Position numbers and translations under genes: made by a program
Assembly: GCA_964304625.1 (NCBI GenBank)
Contig: OZ199838.1
Span: forward strand, 8,267,550-8,331,549
DNA: 64,000 nt
From: Kudoa neothunni
Lineage: Eukaryota > Animalia > Cnidaria
Reading direction: 5' to 3'
The notes under the pieces: model-generated
Databases searched by the model: none
Seen by the model: only the letters and a program-made list of their open reading frames with translations
What the model was told of the DNA's origin: nothing
Shown: positions 1-13,828 of the stretch, piece after piece
Position numbering within the stretch: position 1 is the first letter of the stretch
How the letters are laid out: every line of letters begins with the position of its first letter

Positions 1-1949
1 TCGCCCTCGTGTAACTTCTAATCTGTGTAGAACGTTAACCCTTGATGATGCAATAAAAATCATTATGGAAAACTCAGAAGATTCTAACGTGGATGAGAAT
101 CTGTCTTCTGATGAAGAAATAGACAACGTTATAGAAGAACCAGTTTCAAGCGATTCGGAGAATATTTCTGATATTGAATAATCTCAAGAGGAAACACTGT
201 TCTCAAGAGACAAATTAATTAAATGGGAGACAAAAATACCAACTAAAGCGGTTAGAACACGCAACCACAATATTGTACAGAATTATAAATCTAGAATACC
301 AGACGAAGTTAGGGAAAAAATATCTTCACCATCGACTTCATTCAAAAGTTTTATTGGAGATGATATTATTTCAAAAATAATAATTTCGACAAACACATTT
401 ATGGAAAAGAGAAACAAAAATAAAACTTAATGATTCTGATTTTTGGAAATGGATAGGTGCTAATTTATATCTTGGAATAATGAAAAACAAAAACTCTTCA
501 TTACAAGATTTATGGAATAAAGAAAAAGGTTTACCGTTTTTATCGAAAAGTAATAAATCTTTAATAAAATTTAAATATAAACATGTGGAAATAACATTTA
601 TATATTTTATAGTAATATCATATCGGAGATATAGAGTTATCTCTGAAAATATTCGTTTCGATAACCGTGTAGAGCGTGACCCTCAGAGAAGATTCACCAA
701 TTAGTTTTGTATGGGATTTATTTATAAATAATTGCCGAAATAACTACATACCATCAGAGCAATTAACAGTGGATGAACAGCTTTGCACAACAAGGGGTCG
801 TGTGAATTTTAAAATTTATATACCGAGTAAACCCAGAAAATATGGCATCAAAACTTGGGTCTTGGTGGATGCTAAAAATGCTTAATTGTGTAATACCCAA
901 ATTTATACAGGAAGATCATCAAATGGTCCGGAGGTAAATCAGGGGAACGAGTTGTCAGAGAACTCGCAAACCTTTATCTAGATAAAGGTAGAACTATAAC
1001 AACTGACAATTTTTTCACAAGTTTAAACCTGGAAAAATATTTAAGAGGCCGTAAGACAGCCCTAGTTTGAACTGTGAGAAAGTCACGTAAATTTTTACCT
1101 ACGTGCTTTCAACAGAATAAAAAAGAAGTTGGATCTCAGTTTCTTTTTCATGATAAAATCACTCTTGTTAAGTTTTGTGAAAAGCCAAATAAGTCTGTTT
1201 TGCTTCTCAGTTCTCTATACAATGACAATAACATTGAGGAAGATGGGAAGCCCGAAATACCACGTTACTATAACCAAATTAAGGCTGGCGTCGATGTTCT
1301 TGATCAGCTTATTCGATTCTGCACTGTAAGGAGAAGAACTCTGAGATGGCCACTTACAATATTCTATAATATGATTGACATTGCTGGTTATAACTCAATG
1401 GTTGTATATTTGGAAAAGTATATTGAATTTAAGTTAAAATACAAAAACCGTACAGGGCGGCAATATTTACAAAATCTAGTTGATGAAATTGTTGAATCAT
1501 ACGGTAACGATAATAGTGACCCTTCGCTTATCGAACCATCAAAAATCTATAGAAGAGTGAAAAAAGAAGTTGCCGGTTGTGCTCCTATATAGCAGACATA
1601 AAAACTAAGACGATCTGTTCTAAATGTGGAAAAAACGTTTGTAAACGACATTACTCAGTTTTATGTAAGAATTGCCATTGATTCTTTATGTTTATTATAA
1701 AACTAAAAATTCACACTAGTATATTTGTGCTGTCATCCACGTCAGTGATGGCGTCGTGTTATATCTTGTTTTTTACAGCTTTGCGATAAATTATTAACAT
1801 GATATTAAAAATAAACCAATAGGAAATTTTCTCTTATAATTATGACATATTTATAATCAGTTGGACAGCGTTAAGTCCAATTTTACCGACTGGGTCCATT
1901 GGACCCAGTTTGTACAGTAGTGTGATTTTTTGGGGCGTACGTATGAGTG
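1..1949 (+). mobile_element. piggyBac transposon, decayed; left end lies outside the window
   Basis: Transposase fragments (LTVDEQL..RGRVNFKIYIPSKPRKYGIK; YYNQIKAGVDVLDQL; RRTLRWP). The right end ...GTACGTATGAGTG is followed by TTAA (1950-1953). Subterminal palindrome ACTGGGTCCA-T-TGGACCCAGT at 1889-1909. Confidence 0.9.
65..1681 (+). pseudogene. piggyBac (PGBD4-like) transposase pseudogene containing a 63-nt GT-AG intron at 550-612
   Basis: Acidic N-terminus, DDD core split over ORFs 480-704, 676-885 and 1074-1592, and a C-terminal Cys-rich domain (CRLC..ICSKCGKNVCKRH..CKNC) ending TGA at 1679-1681. Several stops and frameshifts. Confidence 0.85.
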
Positions 1950-1963
1950 TTAATCTAAATAAA

Positions 1964-3577
1964 GACAGTAGCTATTCTCATGGAAACGAATAACTCCTCC
2001 GCTATAGATGATATTTCAAATCTGATTTAATATTTGAGTTTAACTCTTTTGAATCTAATTTTTATGTAAAAATTGTTTGAATGTTTGAAGAATAAAAACT
2101 CCACACTTTGTCTGCCCTATTTACACTGTTCAATAGGTACACTCACATTTTCTGAGTCTGATATTGTGTAATGTAAACATTTTAGTTGAAATAAAATGTG
2201 AACATATCTATCGGTGGTTAGAAACCTTGAGTTTAATATGTCTCAACGCACGCGGTTTATCCTAGAATAATTCCTCTCCAATCATTTACGAAACATGTAC
2301 GTTTCTATCTGAACATTTTTTAATATTAATTTAACAAAATTGTGGTTAATTAATGTATATTAATTGAATTCAAACTATTTTACATCGGTGTAAACCACTT
2401 TTCATATGTATCTATAAGATTGTACCATAATTTCGGGGAATGCTCGTTTTTTGTCCCTACATATGTATTCATTTTAATCAAAGTATGAGAATGGTTTTCA
2501 TGGTGTCGATTCGTGAATATGGAACCTATAAATACAGGAACCTATGAGTTTAAATTTAAGAGTAAACCTATACTTCTTAATTTAAACTCATTTGAAAATT
2601 TATAGCAAGCAAGGTGATTCTAAATTTTCTGTATTAATTCCTTTGGTAGTGTCCCAATGGGTTAATTTATAAAATCAGAATTTGTTAATGGTGATTTCTG
2701 GGGTGCCTTTGCTTTGACTTTTGTAAAACGAGCCAACGAGGAAATGTAGTAAGTATGATAAACAATGTTGGAATTAAAATAACGGTTAATTCTTCCTTGC
2801 GCATTTTGAATTGTTCTGAAAAATTTCATTTTAAGGTTGCAAACATTTTCTTCCTGATACTGAGGAATGTGTAATTTTAATAATTCAGAAAAATCAATTT
2901 TCATCCTAATGAAGAATTGATCAACTTATCCACTAGCCATGGTTGTTTAGCTGTGCACCCAATAAAATTTCTCTAAAACAACCACATTCGAAATTTTAAC
3001 AGTACAATAATATTTTTTAATAAAAGGGATAGGTTTGAGAAACTCAATTTAACAGCGCTCGATAGGAAGCAATAATGACACCACATTTCAGACTTATTCC
3101 ATGCAATTCAATTGGTATTTTATATCTTGCGGAGTCTTAAATTTCTATTCTCCAACTGAATGTAATACATAAACTTATTCTACAGATTTCAGTCATTTCA
3201 AAGTTGATTTAAACTCAGAAATAGTCTCACGAAATAGAATGTCCCAAGTCAAACAGGATTCACGCGCATATTCATTCAGACACGGTGGGTGACACAATAA
3301 TGTACGAACAGAACAGTTTCTACTCATTAGTAAATGTTTTTATTTTTCACTTCAACTAGAATGTTTTTATTACACAATATTAGACTCAAAAAGTGTGAGT
3401 GTACTTACTGAACAATGCAAATAGGGCAGACAAATTGTTAAATTTTTATTCTTTAAATTTTCAAACAATTTTGACATAAAAATCAGATTAAAAATAACTA
3501 AATTCAAATATTAAATCAGATTTGAAATATCATCTATAACTGATGAGTTATTTGTTTCCATGCGAATAGCCACTACC
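1964..3577. mobile_element. Non-autonomous Mutator-like (MULE) element, about 1.6 kb with ~240-bp TIRs (copy 1)
   Basis: Starts GACAGTAGCTATTCTCATGG and ends CCATGCGAATAGCCACTACC, with long imperfect TIRs. Full-length inverted paralogue at 61964-63614, which has a 9-bp TSD. Confidence 0.85.
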
Positions 3578-3599
3578 ATGCAAAAAAGGTAATACGCAA

Positions 3600-5722
3600 A
3601 TCCAAACCGCGTCAAGAGAAATACGATAAAATCAAATATTATGATAGTTTGCAATTCGTTAAACAGAAAGACTGAATCATTAAACACTTCAAATAGGAAA
3701 TGTTTACATACTAAATGGTATTTTACAAGAGAAGGGGCTCGAATTAATCATGCATTTGAAGGTAATTGCTTCAGACTCAACGAAGATAAATATAAAAAAG
3801 GAAAATTTGGACAAAAGTCAACGTTCTTATGAGTGATTTGGTTGAATGAGTGCGAAACGTATTGAATTATCATATATTGAAATAATTTAAAAAATTAATT
3901 CGATCGGTGCACCTGATGATTTCAAAAATGTTACCGATAGATGGTTTCTGGGCTTTAAAAGTAGGCTCAACCTAAAAAAATTAGGTTCCATAGCGAAGCT
4001 AATCCAAGACCTATAGGAATTATTACAGATTGGAACTTTCAACTTCTTTACTTTATTGAAAATTATAAGGAATATGAAATATATAATGTCGATGAGTTCG
4101 CGCTGTTCTGTCAGTTGACGCCCTGCATGTGGTTCCTAAACATGGTTATTTTTGTTTCGAATCCATTACTTTTACATAAATTAAGAGAAATAAAATAATT
4201 TTTATAGTGCTACTTCCAAAATAATAATTTATTTTCGCACTAAAAAATTATCTATTATTTTTGGTTTAATCTAAATTATGCAATACATCAAACAAATTAA
4301 TCGATTATTGTTGCTTAATTATTTATCTGTTATTATTGACCAGGGGTGGCCAGGCTTGCTTAAAATGGAAGCCGAATTTAATGAACTTCAAATTTTTCGG
4401 TGTCACTAGGAGTAAAAATTATATTTCGCGGTTTGTCATTATATTTATATTTTGTCTAAAAGTTTGAATTATTAATGAATTAACGCCAGATTCATACTTT
4501 CTTATTGGGGATAACTGCATGATCCTATGACTTTCAAACTGTCAAAATAATTTATGAGTAAAATTTAATGAAACAATAGGTCAAGTCTAAATTTTTCAAG
4601 AACCGCATTTCAACCTCTAAGAGCCACATGCGGATCGCGAGCCAGGGTTTGGCCACCCTGTTATAAACAAAAGTTACGTTTCCTCTATTGAAGATCCCAT
4701 GTGTTTTGTCAAAAATTCAATAAAAAGACAACATTACTTTTTGGAGTCTGGATGAATCGTGATTAACTAGAATCTTTATTGATAGGCCTTCACACACGAC
4801 ATTGTTGTTTAAAAATATAAATGCTACTCCAATTCTATATGTGCATCACACGAAAGTCTAGATGATAACATGAGTTTTTATAAATTATTTTTTAAAACTT
4901 AACAATGTTTTCCTTTGCAGAAACAAAAAAACTGCTCTATATATGGACAAGACAAATTGTCATTAATGCATGGACATTTTCAACGATTAAATAGCCAATA
5001 TCCCGAAAAACGTCACTAGAATCCTACAGTCAGTTAATAAATTCATTATTCATTCTTTTAAAGCAACTTATCTAAAAAATTACACGGGTGTACGATTTAT
5101 GCGGAAGTTGACTGGATATAAAACCCGTATATCTATTGGAAGCAACAACTTTATTAAGTAGTCTTGGAATTCAATAGTCCCTAAACCAATCATTAGTTGC
5201 TTTTACAAATATGGTTTCAGGTTAATGACCTCTGCAAGTAAACGATAAGGTTATGATCAAATTGCACCTCCAGATAATTCCGCATCTCTACATTCAACGG
5301 ATGAATTAGGTAATGGGAAAAGTTTGTTTCCGGTGTATGATAATTTAGATATTATCTCATACGAGTAAATCGTTGAAATCGTTTAGGGGTAGAAGTTAAA
5401 TTAATGGATCCTAAATTCCTTTCTATAGACGACTTTACATTAGTTGAAAATTTATAGATCATTTGGAAAGCCCTGGTTAATCTATAGTTTATTAATTGTC
5501 AAAACTAGAATCTTATGTGTATGGCCACGCTAAAAAAATTTAAAAACAATAAAAAATAAAATACTATTTTACAAATTCTTATGAATTGAATAATAAATTT
5601 CAATATTTCCATGTCTTATATTCTTGCGTGAGCATAAAATTATTACGAATTAGACGTCAATGATGTTAAATTTGTAATTTTCCCAGGTCCCGAAGGGATT
5701 ACGAATTAGTGGTCACCTGCTG
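3600..5722 (+). mobile_element. pogo/Tigger-like transposon relic
   Basis: Decayed motifs RWFLGFKSR (~3940) and IYNVDEFALF (~4080). Tigger-type right end GGTCCC...CTG followed by TA (5723-5724). Left boundary is approximate. Confidence 0.6.
4341..4660. mobile_element. hAT-type MITE
   Basis: TIR CAGGGGTGGCCA / TGGCCACCCTG. The 8-bp flanks TTATTGAC and TTATAAAC match at 6/8, consistent with a decayed TSD. Confidence 0.75.
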
Positions 5723-6345
5723 TACTGCTCAATAACAAGACCTGAACTTTACCAAAATCGTGTCAAATAGATGTTATTTCATGCTTTTATATATAAAGTT
5801 AAATTAAAAGATTATATACACCAAAAAATTTACAATGATGAATACAGAAATTAAAAAAAACGCTAACTACCTCATACCGAACCTCGAAATATCGAGACCT
5901 TACTGTAATAATCCCAGCCTTATTTCCTAGCAAAGAATTGTGACTTTTAGTTGTATCACTATGAATATAACAGTCTTTTAAACAACTCTATTTATTTAAA
6001 TATTAATAGTTCCAGAAATGAAGAAAAGCATAACACATTACATTTCGTTTGTGACAATCCGAAGTAAAAATTTAAATTTGAAAAATGACTTAACTGATGT
6101 TTTTGGCGTGTAAATAGGAACAGGGTAGAGTCTGGCAATATTTTGATAAACAAAATTCTTATTGTATAAAAAATTATAAGTAAAGTATTTTTTTATTTTT
6201 TTTATGGAAACTAGTCTTATGTAATGGTTAACGAATAAAATAAATGTTAATAAAATATTCTACGAGCTGTCCTGTTGATATTTCGCTTTTATAGTTGTTA
6301 GTTCGGATTTCTTTGGTAACCAAGTAAATTAGAATAAACAATTCC

Positions 6346-7387
6346 ATGTCGACCGTTATTAGAAATGTTATAAAACGAATAAGAGATGATTCCAAAGTAT
6401 TTCTGAGCTCATCCCAACCCATGGACTACTTTCTAACATGTGCACTTGCTATGATACCACTTTTGTTGGACAGTCTGTTCTATGACAGTGAATTAAGTTG
6501 CCCCCAAGAAAATCATCTGTTCTATTCTGTTTTTATGTTGATAAGCCCAACAATATCGGTGGTTATGATGGCGGGAATACTTGGACTTCAGTATATTCAT
6601 AAAAACTTCTCCAAGATTCCGTTCAAACAAGTTAATATTTTAGCATAAATGTACATCGAATTTTTCCTTATAGATACTGAAGAGAATGGTTGCTTCAATA
6701 TGGTCAGTGTTTTTTATCTGTGGAATCACATTAGGATCAGCTTTCATTAAAGGAGATCCTTATGCATGCATAGCTGTAGGTCCACCCCCTTTCCCATACG
6801 GTAACATGTATGATTCTTTCCCATCTACAACATTTCCTAGATTCAGTTGTTCTGGCCGAATATCGATTCAGTCACTATAACTATGTTGTGAAATCAAAGT
6901 TGTATGGTTGGGGAATCATATGGGGGGCCATGATTTATATTATGATAGGAATCTTGATTAGATTCACAGTTGCAAAACCGATAAAGATTGAAACACTTTT
7001 CAAAAATTTCCATCTAATCAGAAACGAAGAAACTAAAGAATTGGTCAACAATGAAATAGTTTCTTTAGGAAAAGCTGTGGCAAAAGAAAGAGTTGATAGA
7101 TGCCTCAAGATTGCCGAAGAGCTTTTCCATTATGGCCCTCTCGCCACACTTGTATTCTTGGACAAATTTCGTCGCAATGAAACTAGATTGAGTAAAGAAG
7201 GTGAGTTTTTATGTTGATTACATAAACTATGCTAAACTTAGATAAGTTATTGTTATGCTCCGATAAATTCTGCAAACTGGATGAAAACATTGATTCAGCT
7301 ATGAATTCATTACAGAAAAAAATTACAAACCCATACAATTTAAAAGACGACCCTGAGGAATCTCAACACATTAGATTGTTGGATTAA
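6346..7387 (+). CDS. Calcium homeostasis modulator (CALHM/FAM26)-family large-pore channel, 4 exons
   Basis: GT-AG introns at 6631-6673, ~6801-6840 and 7201-7241 join the ORFs in frame. CALHM-like motifs LSCP, KGDPYAC and SKLYGW, with four hydrophobic segments. Stop TAA at 7385-7387. Confidence 0.7.
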
Positions 7388-7687
7388 TGTTCAACATTAA
7401 CCATATTGAGATATATTTATAGGAAATTTTGTGTTGATTCAACAAAAATGAACTATAAATAATTCTATGATAATATTAAGTAAGCTTTTCTCTCCTATAG
7501 TTTTGTTTATAACGCATAATTAAAAAAGATTAACTCCATAACTATACATTCTATCATCTTATTTGATGTTAACTAACATATTTTCAATCTTATTCTGTAC
7601 TGGCGCTTTCTAACACAATCTGATTCACACCTCTTTCTTAATGCCAAAGCTTAGGTCATACTTTGATGGTTAGGGGAGTACAATTTT

Positions 7688-8380
7688 GGCAGTGGCTATT
7701 TCACAGGCAGTTAATATCTCTAAAACTAACCAGCCGAATTTACAGAAAATTTATATATCAACATAATCCTTAAAGAGCAATTAATTAATAAATTTTTAAG
7801 CATATATAGATGCGTTATATAGATGACCCAAAACTAACGCATATGACTGAATGTGAACAGGTTTTCCAACTTTAGAAACAGATTAATAATCAAGGTATCC
7901 ATTCAAAAATGTATTAGATAGTTTTGTGAATCTATAACGACAATTTTTCATGATTATGAGCGTGTTATTAATTTGCGTGCCAGGGTGATGAATAAGAATT
8001 TATCTAAGGTTGGCGTGAAGTTTAATTCTTTTGATGAATTAGAAAGTGCTATAAAGATTTATGAAAAGACATCATATTTTAGCTTGTATTAATTTCAGGA
8101 AGAATCCTCTTAAATATTAAAAACACAAGAACCAAATCAACCAATCCAATTTGCGTTACTACAAAATTACATATTGATGTGTTTTCGGTGGTACTAATAG
8201 ATGCACAAAGAATTGATAATGAAACAAAAGAAAATTAAAAAATGATTGTTCTGTTTTTAGACTTGCATTGAGAGTTTCCGGGGATGGATTGTCTATTGAC
8301 GTGAGTATTTCTATTTTGGATTTAACCACCTTCATATCACCATAAATATATGACGCATACACTTATCGACAAATTTGTGA
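7688..8380 (+). mobile_element. Mutator (MULE) left TIR plus relic transposase N-terminus (FAR1/ZSWIM3-N-like)
   Basis: Terminus GGCAGTGGCTATT is identical to the terminus of the 1.6-kb MULE. Relic peptides VGVKFNSFDELESAIKIYEK, LRYYKITY*CVFGG and FRLALRVSGDG. Confidence 0.6.
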
Positions 8381-8434
8381 ACAATGATATTTATTGAAGT
8401 TATTTCAATATATAAAATTACAACAAATTTATCT

Positions 8435-8877
8435 ATTAGTTTTCATAAGTTTTCTTCCATCTCTTTTATTTTTTCTATTTTTTTATCTCTTAAAAAGTTA
8501 GTGGTGCACCCAGTTACCGAGCCAGACCAGAATTCGACTTTTAAAAATCCTCCGGGAAAAAAAATAACGTTTCAGATAACACCTTAACGGGATTTAAATA
8601 ATTCGGAATGAAAAAAATACAACGCTGACCTTAACTTGTTTAGCGTTGATGCCGAGCCACGAAATTTTTAAATGGACGTAGGGATTGATACTTTCCTTCA
8701 CAGAAATTATCATAATTTAAATTGCACAATCCAAATCGTTATAATAAGTTGCTTAAAATTTTTTTAATTATTTTGTTTGTATGGGTTAATTCGAGATTTC
8801 AATATATTTTTTGAATGCTATTAAAAAATGCCTCTAGGCGAAATCTTCCCCAAGCAACGCTGGGCAGTTCGAGCTAG
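8435..8877 (+). mobile_element. Helitron family A, 3' fragment
   Basis: Near-identical to ~23800-24234. Ends with hairpin CCCAAGCAACGCTGGG, then CTAG followed by T. Confidence 0.8.
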
Positions 8878-9429
8878 TTGTTGATAAATTATGATTTAAT
8901 TAAAATATATTAATTTCCTTTTTTTATTTATAAATTAAAATTTCCAGTGCAGAAATCATCTTTGTAACATTGAATCATTAAAAATTTTAATTCACACACC
9001 ATTATGTACGTCGCTATATTTGAATTTTGTTTCCTTTGTTTAAACACGATTTTTGATCATTCAAGAGTAAATATAGATCTAAGCTATTTCAAGGTTTATT
9101 TTAAAAGTATATAAACATTGACGGATTAAAAATTGTGCATATATTTCCTATTCAATAAACATTTAGTATTTAAATGAGATATGAATACCAGTTGAACAAT
9201 TCGATAATGGAATCGGATAAAAAAATTTCATTCTTTAATAACAAAATTCAACTTGAAGTCCTATCGACGATTGGTTTTACTTCAAATTTGGGTACCCAAA
9301 AATTGGTCACAAAAACATGAAATTTGAGCATACGTATCCAAACCAAAAAACACATAGCCCCAAATGTTTAGACATCGGAAGGATTTAGCTGACGCCTGAA
9401 CATTAGACTTTGAGTTAAACTACAAACTC

Positions 9430-9700
9430 GATAAGGTCATTGTGCCTAGAATGACCCTCACTATTATCTGTGACGCACATGCAGACATAGTTCGTTAAAA
9501 TGGATGGGTTGGATTGGACGTTTGAATCGTCGGGTATGTGTTAGGTATATAAAAATGCTCTAGGTCTCACAGAATCAACGCTGTTGAAGTTGAATTGGGT
9601 AGGATCAGGGACTACTTGTGTTCCGTTGCACTGCTTACAGCGCTCATGGAGCTAGTTAGCCCGATCAGCTACAAGGTCGCAGCCCAATAAAATGGGAGAT
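9430..9700 (+). mobile_element. Possible Ty3/Gypsy integrase relic
   Basis: Decayed translation KVIVPR..IICDAH..GWVGLD..IVGYV..KC resembles the HHCC zinc-binding region. Heavily degenerate. Confidence 0.35.
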
Positions 9701-10006
9701 GGGATTTTACCTTGTGAACAAATAAAAAGCGGTCATAAAATATTTTTCAGCACCAGTAAACCGCCGGTTGTTACAAAAGTGAGAGATAAACCAAAAATAA
9801 GTCCTAAAAACCTCTTTCAACGTAAAATTAATAAAGGATAGCTCTTATTTTCGTTTAATTATTAGATGGCAACAATAAAAATTGGGGCAGATGAACAACT
9901 ACAAATGAAAACACGCTATATGAATTTTATACATTTTCTACATAAGAACAGTGTCATTGTGTGTTGGGTTCAAAAAATCTCTCACAACTTAGCCCCACTT
10001 TATAAT

Positions 10007-10680
10007 TAGGGAATGCAATTTTCGACGCTTTTAAGCATAAAGGAGATCCTACACAGATCTGCGCAAACATCTCGATGGCGCAAAAAATGCAAATTAACAT
10101 ATAATATAACAAAATTATACTTTAATTTCACTATTTTAATATAATTATAATACCGTAGAAATTTCTCCTCGCGAAAGAACATGCCTAATATCCAAAAAAA
10201 ATTTTAATTGAGAATGAAGACAACAGTTTGTTTAGAAAATATTGTCGGAAAAGTTGGCATTACTATAATCTTTTTTCAAACAATGTAGGTAGGTGCTTAT
10301 CAACAGGAGTTTTAACATTAGAAAATGAACATGATGAAAGACAATATTTTTAGGAAAAACTTCTAGGTTTTGTGAGATTATCTATTCTTTTAAATGGTAA
10401 TCCATCGTACACATCAGTTGAAACAAGATGAATCTTTATTTTTCTAATTTTTATGATCTCTTAATAACGAAGGGAACTAGGAGAGATGTGCTTTAACTAG
10501 CGACATTTATAAACAAATTCATTTTAAATAATTTTTAAACCAACTCAATCCTCAATAAAATGTTCCAAATCACATCTTTTCTGTCCATTCTTACCGAGGC
10601 GCCCATTTCGAAACACTCCGAAAAAATAAACGTCGAACCATCCTGATAAAATCGATTTAAATCAAAAATTGCATGCCCCA
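10007..10680. mobile_element. hAT-like non-autonomous element (copy 1)
   Basis: TIR TAGGGAATGCAATTTTCGA / TCAAAAATTGCATGCCCCA. The 8-bp flanks are TTTATAAT and TTCATAAC. Paralogue at 36606-37338. Confidence 0.7.
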
Positions 10681-10883
10681 TTCATAACTAACACAACTGA
10701 TAGTTAATATGCATAAACTCAGACAGCAGATGATGAGTTAACTACTGTCTGAAAGTGGAATTAATTTGAAAAAAATGAAATAAAGAATAGAGTTAAAGGC
10801 ACATAAACACATATTTTATCAAGAAAATTTAAATGAAAGTATTAGCATAAAGAACACAATAATGTATCAGACCGCGGGGGGAA

Positions 10884-13548
10884 TTAAAGAGTTCCATCTT
10901 GGAGGAAATCAAAGAACAGGTCCAAAGCTTGTGGATTGCGTAGCGATTCTCTCTGAATGATGAACGGTTGACGACACAGAATCCTCTTAACAGCCATTTC
11001 AATTTTCTTACCAGTAAGCGTATAGGGGATGTCAGCAATGGGGAGAATTATCTTCGGGATGTGCCGAACTGACAAGGTGTTTCTTATTTGGTTACGAATT
11101 TTCTTCTCAAGTTCTGGAGTGAACTCACTAAAAAATATGACATGCAAAAGCTAAGACCAATGAGAAATGATTACACTCCCGGCTGAAGCTTCACAAATAG
11201 AATGACCCTTTCGACTTCGTTATGCACTTGACCGACACATAAACTATCTTCTATTTCGGGAATTTCTTCCACTAATTATGATTCAACAGTCAACTCGTGC
11301 AAACAGCTCACAGACACCTACCGACAGCATATATTTCCGCACTTCCAAATCTAACACCGAAAGGATTGAGAGTAGCATCACTAGAATTTAAATTAAGAAC
11401 AATCAAAAAAAGCCAACCCACCTTCTGCCGAGCATAATAATTCCCTTAGTATCACTTACGATTTGACAGAAGTCACCTTGAGCCCACACACCAGGAAATC
11501 TGGAAAAGTAGGTGCTGGTGTACTTCTCTTTTTTCGGATCATTCCACAAATACACAGGCATAGAAGGGAATGGTTTGGTTACGACCAGCTCACCAGGGGA
11601 GTCCAATACAGGTTTGTTGGTATCAACCCAAGATTGAACACCCATGCCCAAATTGATATTTTGTACTTGTTCTCTGTATACATTAACCATGGGATTCACA
11701 CCACCGAAACAAGATATTGCATCGGTTGCTGCTGCGATGGAGCAGATTTGCAAGGGGTTTTTGATGTAATCAAGCATATAATCATAGGTGTGGCCGGGGA
11801 GAACGGAACCAGTGCTTAATATTAAACGTAGCATGGAAAGATCGAACTTATTCTTAGGGTCGTATTTTTCGTTTTCAAGAATTTGATAATAAGCAGCACC
11901 AGCTCCCAAAATAGTCACTCTACGCGCAAGAGAAACAAATCAGAAATAATAACAATTGACGACATAATCCAACTTGTATTTCTCAACAGCATTCCACAAA
12001 CTGGATGGATTTGGGTGAAATGGTGACCCATTATAGAGAACAATACGACAACCTGCAGCTATAGCGGAAACCAACCAATTCCACATCATCCAAGCAGTCT
12101 GTAGAAAACACATTACACACCATATTGATCACATTCAGATACTATAGTATAGTAGAAAAACACATCTTTATTTGTAATACTCTCATGAACTATGTGATCC
12201 TTGAGATGTTGAATTAAAGTTCCCTAAAATGAAACGTATGTAGACGTGGATAAGTAGAGCTTATAATATACACCGGCGGAATGGACAAGACCTTTTGGTA
12301 TTCCAGTGGTTCCAGACGAATACATAACAAACAATGGATGATCAAAAGACACTTGTTCAAAACAAAAATCATCATCACAATTGTAAAATTTGTCCATGAA
12401 ATCTTTTTGGGTAATTCTGTGGAAAAATTTTAATTGTAGCGAAAATCACCAATAGAGATACCCTTTATCGATAGAAGAAATATCGGACATTTTCTCAGAA
12501 ATATCAGCGGCAACAATTATATGCTGAAGGGTGGACATTTCTACAGCGAATCAGCCACATGTTTAACATTGATAATATCACCCAAGGAGAGGTTTTGTAG
12601 CTTATCAATTTGAGAGAATGTTTTTCCATTGTACACAACTTTATCGTAACTCAACAGGAGCTTTGGTTCTGTTTGTTTCATTCTCATCACAATACCCTGA
12701 ATTGAGTAGTTGTGTACTGAGATCGAAAACAAAGAGCATCAATCTCATACTTTGGTTTGAGTTTCTGGTGAAGCACAGGTCCATACTGCACCAATACTAG
12801 CTGTAGCCAACATACATTCCACCGCAAATGCAACATTCGGAAGCAGTGCTAAGGATTTTACATTATAAATTGGATCTTCCAATCCAACCAAAAAGTTACA
12901 CCCTACGACGTCGCCTGATTTTAGACCACATGCTCGAAAAGCTTTAGCGATTTTGCGTACGTTATCATTCAACTCACGAAATGTGACATTAGATTCGGTT
13001 ACTCCTTCTCCTGAAGAATTTTTAATAAACAAAAAATTGGTTTGAATTTTTTTCAGTTACCAATTGAAGTGATTGCGATTGAATCATCGTTGTGTTTGAG
13101 AAGATTTTCGGCATAGTTGAGTTTGCAGCCAACAAACCATTTCGGGATTTCTGATATATCCTTATAAGTAGCCAGTACCTATTATTGGCGATATGGAAGT
13201 TAGATTAACATAAAAAGAAGGAGTGGGTGAACCTCATTCATTAATTAGAAACACAATAATGGTATATAACGACAAAAATAGAAATTTGCATACTTCTGTG
13301 TATTTAGTGGATGTAATTATGTTGGAAAATTCAAAGAATACTTCCCAAAATTTTTCGGTATTATCAATGGACCATTTATGCATGGTGTGATAGTTAAAAT
13401 GATGTTTCTCCTTATTGTGGTATAGCTCGAGAGAATTCTCCTCACAATACTTTCCTACATCAAAACGTGTGACTATTTCCTCAAAAAATTTGTGCATTGC
13501 ACAAGATTCATCGTATGTGGCTTTCCAAATAAGCTTCGATACAGTCAT
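10884..13548 (-). CDS. AACS: Acetoacetyl-CoA synthetase, 13 exons
   Basis: Spliced product contains [72 protein letters not shown] and [11 protein letters not shown]. All 12 introns are GT-AG. Confidence 0.93.
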
Positions 13549-13828
13549 TTTAACGTCGTGTCAGGTCAGAAGACGTGATTACAGCCGAAATCTGAGATTT
13601 GTCGCTTTAATACCTTAGCGGATATTTTCGACAATCAAATATCGCGGTGAGTGTATTAAAGTAATGCCGTAATATTAATATTCTATTCACCATTGTATTA
13701 AACTCTATTAATATTTACAATTGCAGCTTGGATTTAATTTACAATTTTCAAACTTATTAATATATCAATAATCCAATTTATTCAAAGTAAAGAAGAGGAT
13801 TATCCTACATTATCAGTCATTGTCCTAA

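Noticed and set aside
2662-2904. 80-aa ORF inside the MULE
   Set aside because: Not preserved in frame in copy 2 and has no recognisable motif.
12850-12905. Possible non-canonical GG donor in AACS
   Set aside because: The canonical GT-AG splice gives GDVVGSLLPN, which aligns without gaps. No non-canonical intron was needed in any gene.
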